Assembly (NCBI GenBank): GCA_963664405.1
Contig: OY761158.1
Location: forward strand, 5,408,001-5,472,000
Source: Thermoanaerobaculia bacterium
GTDB taxonomy: Bacteria > Acidobacteriota > Thermoanaerobaculia > Multivoradales > Multivoraceae
DNA: 64,000 nt
Reading direction: 5' to 3'
Positions 29,593-39,583 of the stretch are shown piece by piece; the first letter of the stretch is position 1, and the number at the start of each line of letters is the position of its first letter. The notes below the pieces were generated by a model that searched no databases, was not told where the DNA came from, and worked only from the letters and a program-made list of their open reading frames with translations. The translations under genes and the position numbers were made by a program.

Positions 29593-31242
29593 CTAGCGTA
29601 GGTACGTCGGGACGACTTGGAGACGGGAAGTAACGGTGCGCAGTCAGGATACTCTGTTGGCACCGCACGGGGAGAAGAAGGCCGGAAGAGCATTGGTGCT
29701 TCGTGCCCGTTAGCTAGCGTGGTCCTGGGAGCGTTGCGTAGAAGACAGTGGCGACACGAGAGATCGTGATCCCGTTTAGGAGAGTGCCAGAGTGTGCGGC
29801 TCCCACTCCTGTGCGGTTTGCGCACAAGAGGAGGATGTATGTCTCGGAAGAAAGAGCGTCGTCGGTCGGCGGGTGATTCGAAGCGCCGTCGATCCCAGCT
29901 GCCGGCAAGCCTTGAGCAGGTCAACCTGAATGCTGCCGGGATCGATATCGGAGCGACGGAGCATTGGGTGGCGGTGCCCGAAGACCGGGATTCGCAGCCG
30001 GTTCGGAAGTTCGGAGCGTTCACGGCGGATCTGTACTCGCTGGCCGAGCATCTTCTGGCGTGTGGGATCGACACGGTGGTGATGGAGTCGACGGGTGTGT
30101 ACTGGATTCCATTGATGGAGGTGCTCGAGGAGCGGGGTTTCGAGGTGAAGTTGGTCGACCCTCATCGTCTTCGCCAGGTTCCTGGTCGCAAGAGCGACGT
30201 GCTGGATTGCCAATGGCTTCAGCAGCTGCACACCTTTGGGCTGTTGGGGGGAGCGTTTCGGCCGGACGATCAAATCTGTGTTCTGCGCAGCTACCTGCGA
30301 CAGCGCGCGATGCTGGTCTCGTACGCAGGCCAGCATATTCAACACATGCAAAAGGCGATGACCCAGATGAACATCAAACTCCAGCATGTGGTCAGCGACA
30401 TCACGGGGGCGACCGGGATGCGGATCATCCGAGCGATTCTCGAGGGTGAGCAGGATCCAAAACGATTGGCCCAGATGCGAGATGGTCGATGCAAGAACAG
30501 CGAGGCGACGATCGCCAAGGCGCTGGAAGGTCATTGGCGTGAAGAACATCTCTTCGAGCTCCGGCAGGCGGTGGAGCTTTTCGATATCTACCACCAGAAA
30601 GTCGGCGAGTGCGACCAGAAGATCGAGACCTACCTCGAAGGTTTCGAAGACCAATCGGGCGGACAAACCCCACCGAAGAAGGCCAAGGAGAAGCAGACCC
30701 GGACCGGGTTGGGCTTCGATGCGCGCTCTCATCTGTTCCGCATGACAGGGGTCGACCTCACAGCGATCGAGGGAATTCAGGCGCACACGGCACTGAAAGT
30801 CATCGGTGAGATCGGACTCGACATGACTCGATGGCCCAACTCGAAGCATTTCGCGTCGTGGCTCGGGCTCTGTCCCGGGAGCAAGATCACCGGCGGCAAG
30901 CAGCTGAGTAGTCGCTCGAAAGCCTCGGCGAATCGGGCTGCCTCCGCCCTGCGATTCGCCGCGAATGGCCTGCATAACTCGCACAGCTCTCTCGGCGCCT
31001 TTCTCCGTCGCAAGAAGGGTCAGATCGGAAGACCGGAGGCCATCACCGCAACCGCTCACAAGCTCGCACGCATCATCTACTCGATGCTCCGATACGGAAC
31101 CGAGTACGCTGCGAAGTCACAGGACTACTACGAGACCGAGTATCGAAAACGTGTCCTCAAGAACCTCAAACGCAACGCTAAACGTCTCGGCTTCTCCCTT
31201 CTGCCGCTCGATCGCGGCTCGCTACAGACAGAGGAAGTTACT
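29593..31242 (+). mobile_element. IS110-family element (CT core; left end displaced by the ISNCY insertion)
   Basis: CT core duplicated at 27857-58 and 31241-42 restores marC. About 240-nt upstream non-coding region; no terminal IRs. Confidence 0.8.
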
Positions 31243-31245
31243 TAG
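29839..31245 (+). CDS. IS110 DEDD transposase/recombinase
   Basis: GIDIG, MESTGVYW, KSDVLD, FASWLGLCP...TGG and A.AHKLARIIY motifs. The stop codon is supplied by target DNA. Confidence 0.93.
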   Translation: MSRKKERRRSAGDSKRRRSQLPASLEQVNLNAAGIDIGATEHWVAVPEDRDSQPVRKFGAFTADLYSLAEHLLACGIDTVVMESTGVYWIPLMEVLEERGFEVKLVDPHRLRQVPGRKSDVLDCQWLQQLHTFGLLGGAFRPDDQICVLRSYLRQRAMLVSYAGQHIQHMQKAMTQMNIKLQHVVSDITGATGMRIIRAILEGEQDPKRLAQMRDGRCKNSEATIAKALEGHWREEHLFELRQAVELFDIYHQKVGECDQKIETYLEGFEDQSGGQTPPKKAKEKQTRTGLGFDARSHLFRMTGVDLTAIEGIQAHTALKVIGEIGLDMTRWPNSKHFASWLGLCPGSKITGGKQLSSRSKASANRAASALRFAANGLHNSHSSLGAFLRRKKGQIGRPEAITATAHKLARIIYSMLRYGTEYAAKSQDYYETEYRKRVLKNLKRNAKRLGFSLLPLDRGSLQTEEVT

Positions 31246-31705
31246 GAGTCTCGGAATATCCCTCGCTGCATTGAGGACAGCTGGAGGAATATTGCTCTTG
31301 CTAATAGGTATAGACATGGTATTCGCGCGTTCGTCCGGCGGAACTTCTACCACGGACGATGAGGAGCGGGAGGCCGCATCGAAGCAGGACATATCCGTGT
31401 TTCCTCTAGCAACACCGTTGATAGCCGGCCCTGGCGCCATGGGTGCCGCCATACTTCTCATGGCGAATGCCGAAGGAGAGCTAGCGCGGCAGATGATCGT
31501 AATTGCTTCCATTCTCGCGATCGTTCTCCTCACATTCGCTGCGTTAATGGTCGCAAGCAGGCTTCAACGGCGTCTCGGGATCACCGGGATGCATGTGGTG
31601 ACGCGGGTCTTTGGCGTCCTGCTGTCTGCGCTGGCCGTTCAGTTTATGTTTGACGGCATTGAGCAAAGCGGACTGCTTGGAAAATGAGTGCCTTGCCGAA
31701 CCACG

Positions 31706-31762
31706 ATCTAACCCGGCGCTGGTGGCGACGCGCCAAGCGCGCGCCTCAGCTCAGCGTTATAC
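31706..31762 (+). other. attC site
   Basis: R'' ATCTAAC, GCTGGTGGCG..CGCCTCAGC palindrome, R' GTTATAC; 57 bp, downstream of marC. Confidence 0.8.
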
Positions 31763-31819
31763 GGTAATGGCGAGGCTAGGATTCCCGGCGTCGTGGCGTC
31801 GCTTCTGAGCGTAATAGCC

Positions 31820-32218
31820 ATGAATCAGATCTTTCGGTTCTCCAGCTCGGTCAAGCGGGATCCAGCCATCGATGCCTGGATGAAGGAGCATTCGGGTGAG
31901 TTGGGGTCTATCGCGCGGGACTGGTTTGACGTCATCCGCGAGCGTGGAGACGATGTTCGAGAACTCTTGCATGACGGCCATCCGACCGCGTGCGTAGCGG
32001 ACGCGGCATTCGCCTACGTCAACGCGTTCACGGCCCACGTCAATGTGGGGTTTTTTCGTGGTGCCGAGCTTGCGGATCCGGCTCAGCTTCTGGAAGGCAC
32101 CGGCAAGTACATGCGCCATGTGAAGCTCAGGCCCGAAGGTGACGTCGACGCTGCGGCTCTTATTGAGCTGATCGAAACTGCCTACACGGATATGAAGGGG
32201 CGCCTCGAGGCGGAGTAG
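31820..32218 (+). CDS. DUF1801 (YdhG-like) protein
   Basis: F..HVNVGFFRGAEL.DP..LLEGTGKYMRHVKL motif. Confidence 0.85.
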   Translation: MNQIFRFSSSVKRDPAIDAWMKEHSGELGSIARDWFDVIRERGDDVRELLHDGHPTACVADAAFAYVNAFTAHVNVGFFRGAELADPAQLLEGTGKYMRHVKLRPEGDVDAAALIELIETAYTDMKGRLEAE

Positions 32219-32223
32219 TTCGT

Positions 32224-33120
32224 CTAGCTGGCATGATCCGGGTGCTCTACGAGGGTCCACTTCACGCCGCAAATGAGCACAGAATCGAACTTCTTGTAAG
32301 CGCCGGGGGCTGCCCACAGATCAACGCCTACAACGCCGGTCCTGTCCCCTGGCTCGACGAATCTCATCGTCTGTCCCGCTGACAACCTTAGCGTTGCGGG
32401 TTCGGCAGGATCAATCGAGCACCCGGCACCGAGGCCATTCATCCACCTCTGACAGACCTCCTCCGGAGCACCGTCTCGGGGTGCGATCTCAACGGCCGCG
32501 AAGCCGGACGTGACACCCCCGTGGGGCCGCGCGTCAACGCCGCTCTGCCACGTGTTTCCGGCTGGAAAGTACGTCCCTTTGTTCCTGGGGAATTCGCCGG
32601 GGCCTGGCCAATTTTCTTGAATCTCGGCGAGGGTCCCAAAGTCCCTCGGGTGGAACTGAACGTTCACGCCGGAAACCGTGCCGGGGCTCTTGGGCAGAGC
32701 CTCGCCTAACACGTAACGTCCGGACTCGACACCGGCCAAGCCCGAGCCAGGTGAGCCCGCACAAACGTTCCAATCCCCTGAAACGATCCCTCGCCCCGAC
32801 CCCTGAACGGCCATCGACCGCGAAGCCACAGAGACGTCAGGGACCTGCACGATCGCCATGTATCCGCAGTCACCGTTGCGCTCCAGAAGCCGGGTTTGGG
32901 TCGACGAACGCTCCCATGCAAGGTCCGTTGGGCAAACTGTCTCGAGAAACGAGTCGCCCAAGCGGATATGGGTGTTGGTGAGGTTTCCGCCAGCGGCCAT
33001 TCGAGGGTCCCGGAAGACTACCGGCGCGTCGAACGCTGCAGTCAGCACGCTGGACGTCCACTCCAGGTCCCGTGTTAGCAGACAGATCTGACGGAGGCGC
33101 AGTACGGGATCGGCCGTCAT
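32224..33120 (-). CDS. Glyoxalase/VOC-like hypothetical protein
   Basis: LRLRQICL..DL, GD.FLE.V.P, GDCGYM.I.Q and QFHPRD.G motifs. Confidence 0.6.
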   Translation of the reverse strand: MTADPVLRLRQICLLTRDLEWTSSVLTAAFDAPVVFRDPRMAAGGNLTNTHIRLGDSFLETVCPTDLAWERSSTQTRLLERNGDCGYMAIVQVPDVSVASRSMAVQGSGRGIVSGDWNVCAGSPGSGLAGVESGRYVLGEALPKSPGTVSGVNVQFHPRDFGTLAEIQENWPGPGEFPRNKGTYFPAGNTWQSGVDARPHGGVTSGFAAVEIAPRDGAPEEVCQRWMNGLGAGCSIDPAEPATLRLSAGQTMRFVEPGDRTGVVGVDLWAAPGAYKKFDSVLICGVKWTLVEHPDHAS

Positions 33121-33247
33121 TGATCGATATTACCTCTCAACAAGGCCTTGGGGGTAATTTGAAGACAGGCTAAACGATCGGCTCGCAGCCCCGACGCTGA
33201 AGCGCATCTCCCTCGGGCGACCAGGTGCCGCTTGGTAGACTCCGCCG

Positions 33248-33643
33248 ATGGCCAAAGACGATCTGCTGACCCATTTGCGCGGTCTGGAAATTGCGCTGCA
33301 TCGGCCAGAAGTTCGCTCGGCCATCGAGCAGCTAGGGTATTAGGGCATGGGAGAATTCGGAATACCGGGGCGCCGGTATTTTCGTAAGGACACTTCGTCG
33401 GGCATCAGGACGCACCAGATTCATACCTTTCAGGCAGGTAGCTCAGAAGTCGAGCGACACCTGGCGTTCCGCGATTACATGATTGCGCATCCAAAGGAGG
33501 CACGAAACTACACCGACCTGAAGCGCAAGCTGGCCGCGAAGCATCCGGACGACATCGAGGCCTACATGGACGGCAAAGATCCTTACATCAAGGAACATGA
33601 GGCCAAAGCCATGAAGTGGGCGTCAGCTCGAGGTGAGGAGTAG
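33248..33643 (+). pseudogene. Fused remnants: DUF4440-like 5' stub and truncated GrpB-family gene
   Basis: LRGLEIALHRPEVRS stub, then LGY* and GEFGIPGRRYFRK...THQIH...HLAFRDY...Y.DLKRKLA...Y.DGK (GrpB C-terminal half). Confidence 0.65.
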
Positions 33644-33776
33644 TCTCAGATGGATTTGACCAAGATCAGGGAGCTCGCCTCGAGCTATACGCCACATCTT
33701 CCGTTGGACGCGACGCGCCACAGATACCGGTCCTGGTCGCCCCGTTCTGAAGCCGCAGCTGGAGGTAGTCCGAAGT

Positions 33777-34157
33777 GTGAGTGAACCGCAGTTCAAAGAA
33801 GCGCGCCCTTTCCAACGGGACGTCTTGGCGTTACCGGTCACCGATCTCGATGCCACCTCTCAGTGGTATTCAAAACACTTCAGTATGGTGGAGGTCGAGC
33901 GGTTTCGTCAGCCAGTTCCGACCGTCATCCTCGAGCGAGACGGCACACAGATCGGTTTCGCGATAAATGGAGGCGATGCGTCGCAGGATGGTGCGGCGAT
34001 ACTCGTTTCGAATATTCAAGCGATCAAAGACGAGCTCGAGTCAAACGGAGCGAAGATCGGAAATTGGCGGGTGGATGAGCGAGAGGGTCAATCGTTCCAG
34101 GTCTTTTTCGTCGTCGCGCCCGACGGGTTGTGCTATTACTTTCACGAACCCATCTAG
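33777..34157 (+). CDS. VOC family protein
   Basis: LPV.DLD...WY...F and FF.VAPDGLCY.F motifs. Confidence 0.75.
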   Translation: MSEPQFKEARPFQRDVLALPVTDLDATSQWYSKHFSMVEVERFRQPVPTVILERDGTQIGFAINGGDASQDGAAILVSNIQAIKDELESNGAKIGNWRVDEREGQSFQVFFVVAPDGLCYYFHEPI

Positions 34158-34199
34158 TGCCATGTCGGAGACACAACACTAGAGACTCGGAGCGATGAT

Positions 34200-36080
34200 G
34201 TGAGCTCGAGACACGGCCTCTTCTCCCTCATCGGCGCCTTGATCGTTGCCGGTGCGGCCCAGGCGCAGGCCGGATCACCGTGTGCGGTCGCCCACGAGCT
34301 CCCGGTCGTCACCCACTGGAGCAATGAGGCTCAGTCGTTCCGGTATCTCGCCTCCGATCAGATCGACTACGCCCTGCCCTATCAGGCCGACAAGCCCTAC
34401 ACGCCCGGCGGGGTCTACCCGGTCTATAAGGTCGGGGGCGAGACGTATACGCCCGACTTCGATCACTACGTCGGGACCCATTACTCGACGACAGGGATCC
34501 CCGACGCCCGCGCCGCGCAGTGGGCTCAGAAAGTCTGTGCCGACACCGGCGTGGCCGTGAAGCTGCTGCGCCCCGATGCGCTCGAGGGCGGGCGCCTGAG
34601 CTCAAAGCCGGGATTCGTACAGGCCTTGGTCGGGCTGATCGTCAAAACCACCGCCGCCGACCCCGGCTCGCTGGCGGCCGTGTTCCTTCCGCCCAACTGG
34701 TCGGCCGGCGCCGCGCCGGGGACGTACCCGATCCTGGCCCAGGGCTACTACGACCTCAATGACAGCGTCTTTCGCACGACGGGCCTCGGGTTCGACATGG
34801 CGCGCCAGATCGGTCGCAGCGGGATCGATGGCCGCAGCGGCGCGATCGGCGTGTTGTGGAACGGCGGCGGTGCCAGGGCGACGTACACGGTCAACGAAAA
34901 GGCCTACCGCCAGTTTGGCAGTGTGGTGGACCTCATTGCCCAAGCGTTCGGCGGCGACCGTCATCGCGTGATGATGTTCGGCGGCTCTCGCGGCGGCGTC
35001 TCGGCGATCAATATGGCGTCGAACCCCTACGACCTCGATTACACGATTACATTCGCGTCGGCGAGCGCGGCGCCGGCGCTCCCCGGCTCGATTGCGCGGC
35101 TGTCGTCGACGGCCACCTACCCTCGTGGGATCGGCAACCTGACCGGTGTCGTCGGCTTTCACGACTCTTGGCGGATGGGTTGGCGTTACCCTGAGGTCCC
35201 GGGGCGCGCGCACCTCGAGGGACTCGACTTGGCGCAGTCGGCCGCTTTCGTTCTCACCGGCTCGACCGACCTTGGCTACGCCGACAAAAATCTGGGCCCG
35301 TTCGCTGATCGCAACGTCGAACGGCTCGAGCGGGCCGGGACTGAGTTGTATCTGGAGATCGGCACGCACGACCGGCTGCCCTACATTCTGCAGGTCGAAT
35401 ACGCCAAGAAGCTGATCGAGCGGGGTCTGCCGGTCCACGCGGATGTCGTGGTGCGGGGCGGGCATGGCGGGGGCCGCGTCAACGCCGAAGGGAGCCCGGT
35501 CAAGAACGACCGCATGTGGGAGGCCTTGCTCGAGTACATCGACCCGGCGCGCTCGGGAAGGCCGCGCGTCGAGCCGGGCTGGACGTTTTACCGTGTCGAT
35601 CGTCGCAACGATCAGCGCGAGCTCTTCGAGCCCGAGGGCCACCCGTTCACCTTGGAGGCGCCGTATCTGGCGGTGGCCGGCCAGCGCTTTCCGCTCATCT
35701 TCATCGGCGAGCCGGGGACGGAATACGAATTGCGCATTACGCCGCCCGTGGGCGTCGAGTGGCCGGTCGCACGCTTTCGGGGGGCGATTCCGAAGAACGA
35801 GCCGCACAAACTCAGCACCATCGAGTGGTTCGCGACCGCTTCGGGAATGCCGCCGGGCGACTACGGCTACCGGATGACGATTCGCAAGACCGGAGGCAAG
35901 TGGATTGCGATCCCCGAGACGAACACGCCTGCGGGCGAGGGCGAGCGGGCGATCCTGAGAATCATTGCCGAGGAGCCGAATCTGCCCGGCGCGGAATGGT
36001 CGAACAAGATCCTCGAAATGACTCCTCACTTGAACGACCGCGGCGGGAACCCGTATGCCTGGGGACTCTCGGAATACTAG
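34200..36080 (+). CDS. Exported hypothetical protein with putative alpha/beta-hydrolase domain
   Basis: Signal peptide; GxSxG (GGSRGG), G.HD and GGHG candidate triad. Confidence 0.6.
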   Translation: MSSRHGLFSLIGALIVAGAAQAQAGSPCAVAHELPVVTHWSNEAQSFRYLASDQIDYALPYQADKPYTPGGVYPVYKVGGETYTPDFDHYVGTHYSTTGIPDARAAQWAQKVCADTGVAVKLLRPDALEGGRLSSKPGFVQALVGLIVKTTAADPGSLAAVFLPPNWSAGAAPGTYPILAQGYYDLNDSVFRTTGLGFDMARQIGRSGIDGRSGAIGVLWNGGGARATYTVNEKAYRQFGSVVDLIAQAFGGDRHRVMMFGGSRGGVSAINMASNPYDLDYTITFASASAAPALPGSIARLSSTATYPRGIGNLTGVVGFHDSWRMGWRYPEVPGRAHLEGLDLAQSAAFVLTGSTDLGYADKNLGPFADRNVERLERAGTELYLEIGTHDRLPYILQVEYAKKLIERGLPVHADVVVRGGHGGGRVNAEGSPVKNDRMWEALLEYIDPARSGRPRVEPGWTFYRVDRRNDQRELFEPEGHPFTLEAPYLAVAGQRFPLIFIGEPGTEYELRITPPVGVEWPVARFRGAIPKNEPHKLSTIEWFATASGMPPGDYGYRMTIRKTGGKWIAIPETNTPAGEGERAILRIIAEEPNLPGAEWSNKILEMTPHLNDRGGNPYAWGLSEY

Positions 36081-36552
36081 CCCGACCGCCCAGGGCACCC
36101 CACCTCACCGCGTGCTCGTCGCTCGGCTCCTCCGGCGTACAGGAGTACGCCTACGTCGCCTCGCTCCTGCGCTGCGGCGATCTGGGGCACCCTTGTTGAT
36201 GGCTGCGAGAAAGCGCATCCCGTTGGCTGCGAGCGCAGTTTCCGGGATGGAGTGAGCTGAGGGCTTCGCGACCGCGGGAAAGCTAGGCCTTCTTCAGGAA
36301 GGGCGGCATCATCCCGCCGGAACGGCGGTCCGGGTGCGTGGTCCCGGCGGCGTGTTTGCGGTCGGAAGAGATGCGTGAGTCGGTGTAGGGCTTTGCAGTG
36401 CGGGCTCTGCTCTGATAGAGCAGGCCGACCAGAGACGGCGAGAGCCCGGGAAAGCGAAGTAGAAAACGCCCCGGGCTCTGCCCCAAACCGCAGCATTAGC
36501 TGCGCTTGCAGTATGGCAGAGAGTCGGGGTCGTCGTCGAATGGGAGGCGACG

Positions 36553-36948
36553 ATGCGACCGGACTACCGACTCTTCGACTGTGCTCGATGCCGTCGGCGT
36601 ATCTCGCTGTGCTCGCACTGTGACCGTGGCCAGCGTTACTGCCGGGCTTGTGCTCTGGTGGCTCGTCGGGAATCGACTCGGGCGGCCGGCCATCGGTACC
36701 AGCGAAGCCTCCGAGGTCGGCATTGTCATGCCGCCCGTCAGGCCCGCTACCGTCGGCGCCAGCGCGAGCGGGCAGAGAAAGTGACGCATCAGGGTACCCC
36801 AGGCGGTACTTCGGGGAGGACACTGTGTCGGATCGAGACTCCGAGGCGCGAAGTGCGCTACGACCCGAGGAATCCGCGATGCATGCAGTGTGGAGAGGCC
36901 TGCCGAGAGTTTGTGCGAACGAGCTTTCGTCGTTGCCGACGGAGATAG
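36553..36948 (+). CDS. Cys/Arg-rich IS21 accessory protein (putative Zn-binding)
   Basis: CARC..CSHCDRGQRYC..C, HAARQARYR and terminal CxxC. SD GGAGG; ends 4 bp before istA. Confidence 0.65.
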   Translation: MRPDYRLFDCARCRRRISLCSHCDRGQRYCRACALVARRESTRAAGHRYQRSLRGRHCHAARQARYRRRQRERAEKVTHQGTPGGTSGRTLCRIETPRREVRYDPRNPRCMQCGEACREFVRTSFRRCRRR

Positions 36949-36952
36949 GGGC

Positions 36953-38461
36953 GTGATCGACGCACAGCTGCGCGGGGAGATCCGTCGTCTGTTCCTGGTC
37001 GAGAAGTGGAAAGTCGGCACGATCGCTCGACAGCTACAGCTGCACCCCTCAACCGTGCGCCGGGCGCTGGAGAAGTCCGGCGTGCTACCCCAGCAGCGAC
37101 GAGGGAGGATGATCGATCCTTACCTGCCGTTCATCGAGCAGGTGCTCGGGACCTACCCACGACTGCCGGCGAGCCGTCTCTACACCATGGTGGTGGAGCG
37201 CGGCTATCCAGGAGGCCCGGATCAGTTTCGCCACCTGGTGGCCTCGATGCGACCGAAGCCCCAGCGCGAGGCGTTTCTCTCGCTGCGCATGCTGCCAGGA
37301 GAGCAGGCGCAGGTCGACTGGGGCCACTTCGGTCGGCTCCGCGTCGGCCGGGCACATCGTCGGCTCTATGCCTTCGTCTTCGTGCTGTCGTTCTCGCGCA
37401 CGGTCTTCGTGCACTTCACCCTCGACACTCGTCTCGAAACCTTCTTGCACGCTCACCAGCTGGCCTTCCACTACGTCGACGGCGTCGTCAGGACCGTTCT
37501 GTACGACAACCTGCGAACCGCGGTGATCGAGCGGCAGGGAACCGCGGTGCGCTTCCATCCCGTGCTGCTCGATTTCGCCAGCCACTACGGCTTCCTTCCC
37601 ACCGTCGCCGCGGTGGCTCGGGGAAATGAGAAAGGCCGCGTCGAGCGCGCAATCCGCTTCCTGCGAAGCTCGTTCTTCGGCGCCCGAACGGTGAGCGATT
37701 TGGATCGTCTGAATCGGCAGGTCCTGGAATGGTGCCAGAGGTCGCAGCGCAGACCCTGGCCGCAGGACCGACAGCGAACCGTGAAAAGCGCCCTGGCCCA
37801 GGAACGACCTCGACTGCTTGAGCTTCCCGGAGACGACTTCGAAACCGACCTGCGACTGGAGATCAAGGTCAGAAAGACGCCGATCGTGCGCTTCGACCTC
37901 AACGACTACTCGGTGCCGCACAGTCATGTGCAGAGGACCGTCACGCTCCTCGCCAGCGAGCATCGGGTGCGGATCCTCGATGGCCAGGAGCTCCTCGCCG
38001 AGCACCCTCGCTCGTACTCCCGGGGCGAGCAGATCCTCGATCCTCAACACCTCGAGGAGCTCCTCGCTCACAAACGCAGGGCCCGACGACACCGGGGCTT
38101 CCATCGGCTGTTTTCCGCTGTGCCTCGATGCGAAGAGCTGATGCAGCAGCTCGCCGAGCGAGGCGAGAACCTCGGAACGCAGACCGCCGGCCTGCTCCGA
38201 CTCCTGCGCCAGTACGGCCCCCAGCGACTCGACAAAGCCGTGCGCGAAGCGCTCCTGAACCACGCACCGCGATTCCAGTCCGTCCGGCTCCTACTCGAAC
38301 GGCACCAGCGCGGCCTCGGTCAGCCCCCGGCTTTACCGGTGCCGCTCAGCCAGGAGCTCCAACAGCGAGATCTCTCCGTGAGACCGCACAACCTCGAGGA
38401 CTACGACCAACTTGGAGGCAACGACGATGGCCCGACCCAGGAAGAGTCCAACGATCCCTGA
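36953..38461 (+). CDS. istA: IS21 transposase IstA
   Basis: N-terminal HTH; PGEQAQVDWG, LYDNLRTAV, EKGRVER and FDLNDYSVP motifs. Confidence 0.95.
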   Translation: MIDAQLRGEIRRLFLVEKWKVGTIARQLQLHPSTVRRALEKSGVLPQQRRGRMIDPYLPFIEQVLGTYPRLPASRLYTMVVERGYPGGPDQFRHLVASMRPKPQREAFLSLRMLPGEQAQVDWGHFGRLRVGRAHRRLYAFVFVLSFSRTVFVHFTLDTRLETFLHAHQLAFHYVDGVVRTVLYDNLRTAVIERQGTAVRFHPVLLDFASHYGFLPTVAAVARGNEKGRVERAIRFLRSSFFGARTVSDLDRLNRQVLEWCQRSQRRPWPQDRQRTVKSALAQERPRLLELPGDDFETDLRLEIKVRKTPIVRFDLNDYSVPHSHVQRTVTLLASEHRVRILDGQELLAEHPRSYSRGEQILDPQHLEELLAHKRRARRHRGFHRLFSAVPRCEELMQQLAERGENLGTQTAGLLRLLRQYGPQRLDKAVREALLNHAPRFQSVRLLLERHQRGLGQPPALPVPLSQELQQRDLSVRPHNLEDYDQLGGNDDGPTQEESNDP

Positions 38462-39221
38462 CGAACCACTACGAGAGCTCGCCCGATCCCTCGGCTTCTA
38501 CGCCCTCGTCGACGACTGGGGCACCTACCGAGAACAGCCCTGGCTCGAACAGCTGCTGCGCAAAGAAGAGGCCGAGCGCAAACGGCGCAGCCTCGAACGG
38601 CGCATCCGCACCAGCCGCGTCGGGCTCTTCAAGAGCATCGCCGACTTCGACTTCTCCTGGCCCCAGCGCATCGACCGCGAGCAGATCCAGGATCTGCTCA
38701 CCCTCCAATTCCTCGACGACATCACCAACGTCATCCTCCTCGGACCCAACGGTGTCGGCAAGACCATGATTGCCAAGAACCTCCTCTACCAGGCGCTGCA
38801 ACGAGGGGCCACCGCCAGCTTCGTCACCGCCTCCGACATGCTCAACGATCTCGCCGTCCAGGAAACCCCCTCGGCGCTCCAGAGAAGGCTCTCCAAATAC
38901 ACCCGACCCTCGCTTTTGGCAATCGATGAGCTCGGCTATCTCTCCTACGACCACCGCCACGCGGATCTCCTCTTCGAGGTCGTCTCCAGGAGATACGGCA
39001 ACAAGCCCATTCTTCTCACCACCAACAAGCCCTTCGCCGAATGGGCCGAGGTCTTTCCCAACGCCTCCTGCGTCGTCACTCTCGTCGATCGACTCACCCA
39101 CCACGCCGAGATCGTCAAGATCGAGGCTAACTCCTATCGCCGCAAGGAGGCCAAGGAGGCTGCTGAAAAAAAGGCCAAGGACCGCGCCAAAAGGCGGAGC
39201 GCAGCACGACGACGCTCATGA
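38427..39221 (+). CDS. istB: IS21 AAA+ helper IstB
   Basis: DFDFSW, GPNGVGKT (Walker A), LAIDELGY, LTTNKPF.EW and DRLTHHA motifs. Confidence 0.95.
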   Translation: MARPRKSPTIPDEPLRELARSLGFYALVDDWGTYREQPWLEQLLRKEEAERKRRSLERRIRTSRVGLFKSIADFDFSWPQRIDREQIQDLLTLQFLDDITNVILLGPNGVGKTMIAKNLLYQALQRGATASFVTASDMLNDLAVQETPSALQRRLSKYTRPSLLAIDELGYLSYDHRHADLLFEVVSRRYGNKPILLTTNKPFAEWAEVFPNASCVVTLVDRLTHHAEIVKIEANSYRRKEAKEAAEKKAKDRAKRRSAARRRS

Positions 39222-39574
39222 CCCGAAGCCACTATCGGCGCCAGCTCCTCCGCCTCTATCGACTCCTTCCCGACACCCCGCACCGCTTCCACCACGGCGA
39301 CCGCGTCATCGTCGACCAGCTCTTCGACCAAGACCTGCCTCTCACCGTCCTCCAGGCCGCCCTCCTCCTCGGCTCCGCCCGACGCGCATGCCGAGATCCG
39401 CGCCTACCAAAGCTCCAGCCCATCCGATCCCTCGCCTACTTTCTCCCCATCCTCCGAGAACTCCCCACGACGCCACCCCCCGAGGGGTACCTCGACTATC
39501 TGCGCCACACCCTGAGTCACGCCTCGCGGGGACAAAAAACCGACTCGCAGCCAACTAAGTGCGCTTTCTCGTAG
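39218..39574 (+). CDS. Hypothetical IS21 accessory protein
   Basis: ATGA overlap with istB; ends inside the right IR; Y..LPDTP and PIRSLAYFLP motifs. Confidence 0.6.
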   Translation: MTRSHYRRQLLRLYRLLPDTPHRFHHGDRVIVDQLFDQDLPLTVLQAALLLGSARRACRDPRLPKLQPIRSLAYFLPILRELPTTPPPEGYLDYLRHTLSHASRGQKTDSQPTKCAFS

Positions 39575-39583
39575 CCGGTAACA

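Larger units (their letters stand above)
27671..31687 (+). pseudogene. marC: MarC-family cassette gene split by nested IS insertions (27671-27858 + 31243-31687)
   Basis: Joining the parts gives an uninterrupted 210-aa MarC (..VGELLL|RSLGISLAALRTAGGILL..FPLATPLIAGPG..RVFGVLLSALAVQF). Confidence 0.88.
36194..39583 (+). mobile_element. IS21-family element (3390 bp) with two accessory ORFs
   Basis: IRs TGTTGATGGCTGCGAGAAAGCGCA.. / ..TGCGCTTTCTCGTAGCCGGTAACA; 5-bp TSD ACCCT (36189-93, 39584-88); istA-istB inside. Confidence 0.92.

Noticed and set aside
33121-33780. Additional attC sites around the GrpB and VOC genes
   Set aside because: Only fragments of attC-like sequence; no matching R''/R' pair could be placed.
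16904-37629. Long antisense or overlapping ORFs (e.g. 16904-17875, 20042-20872, 23728-24879, 29776-31059, 34602-36098)
   Set aside because: They are shadow ORFs expected at high GC, lie opposite better-supported genes and show no recognisable motifs.
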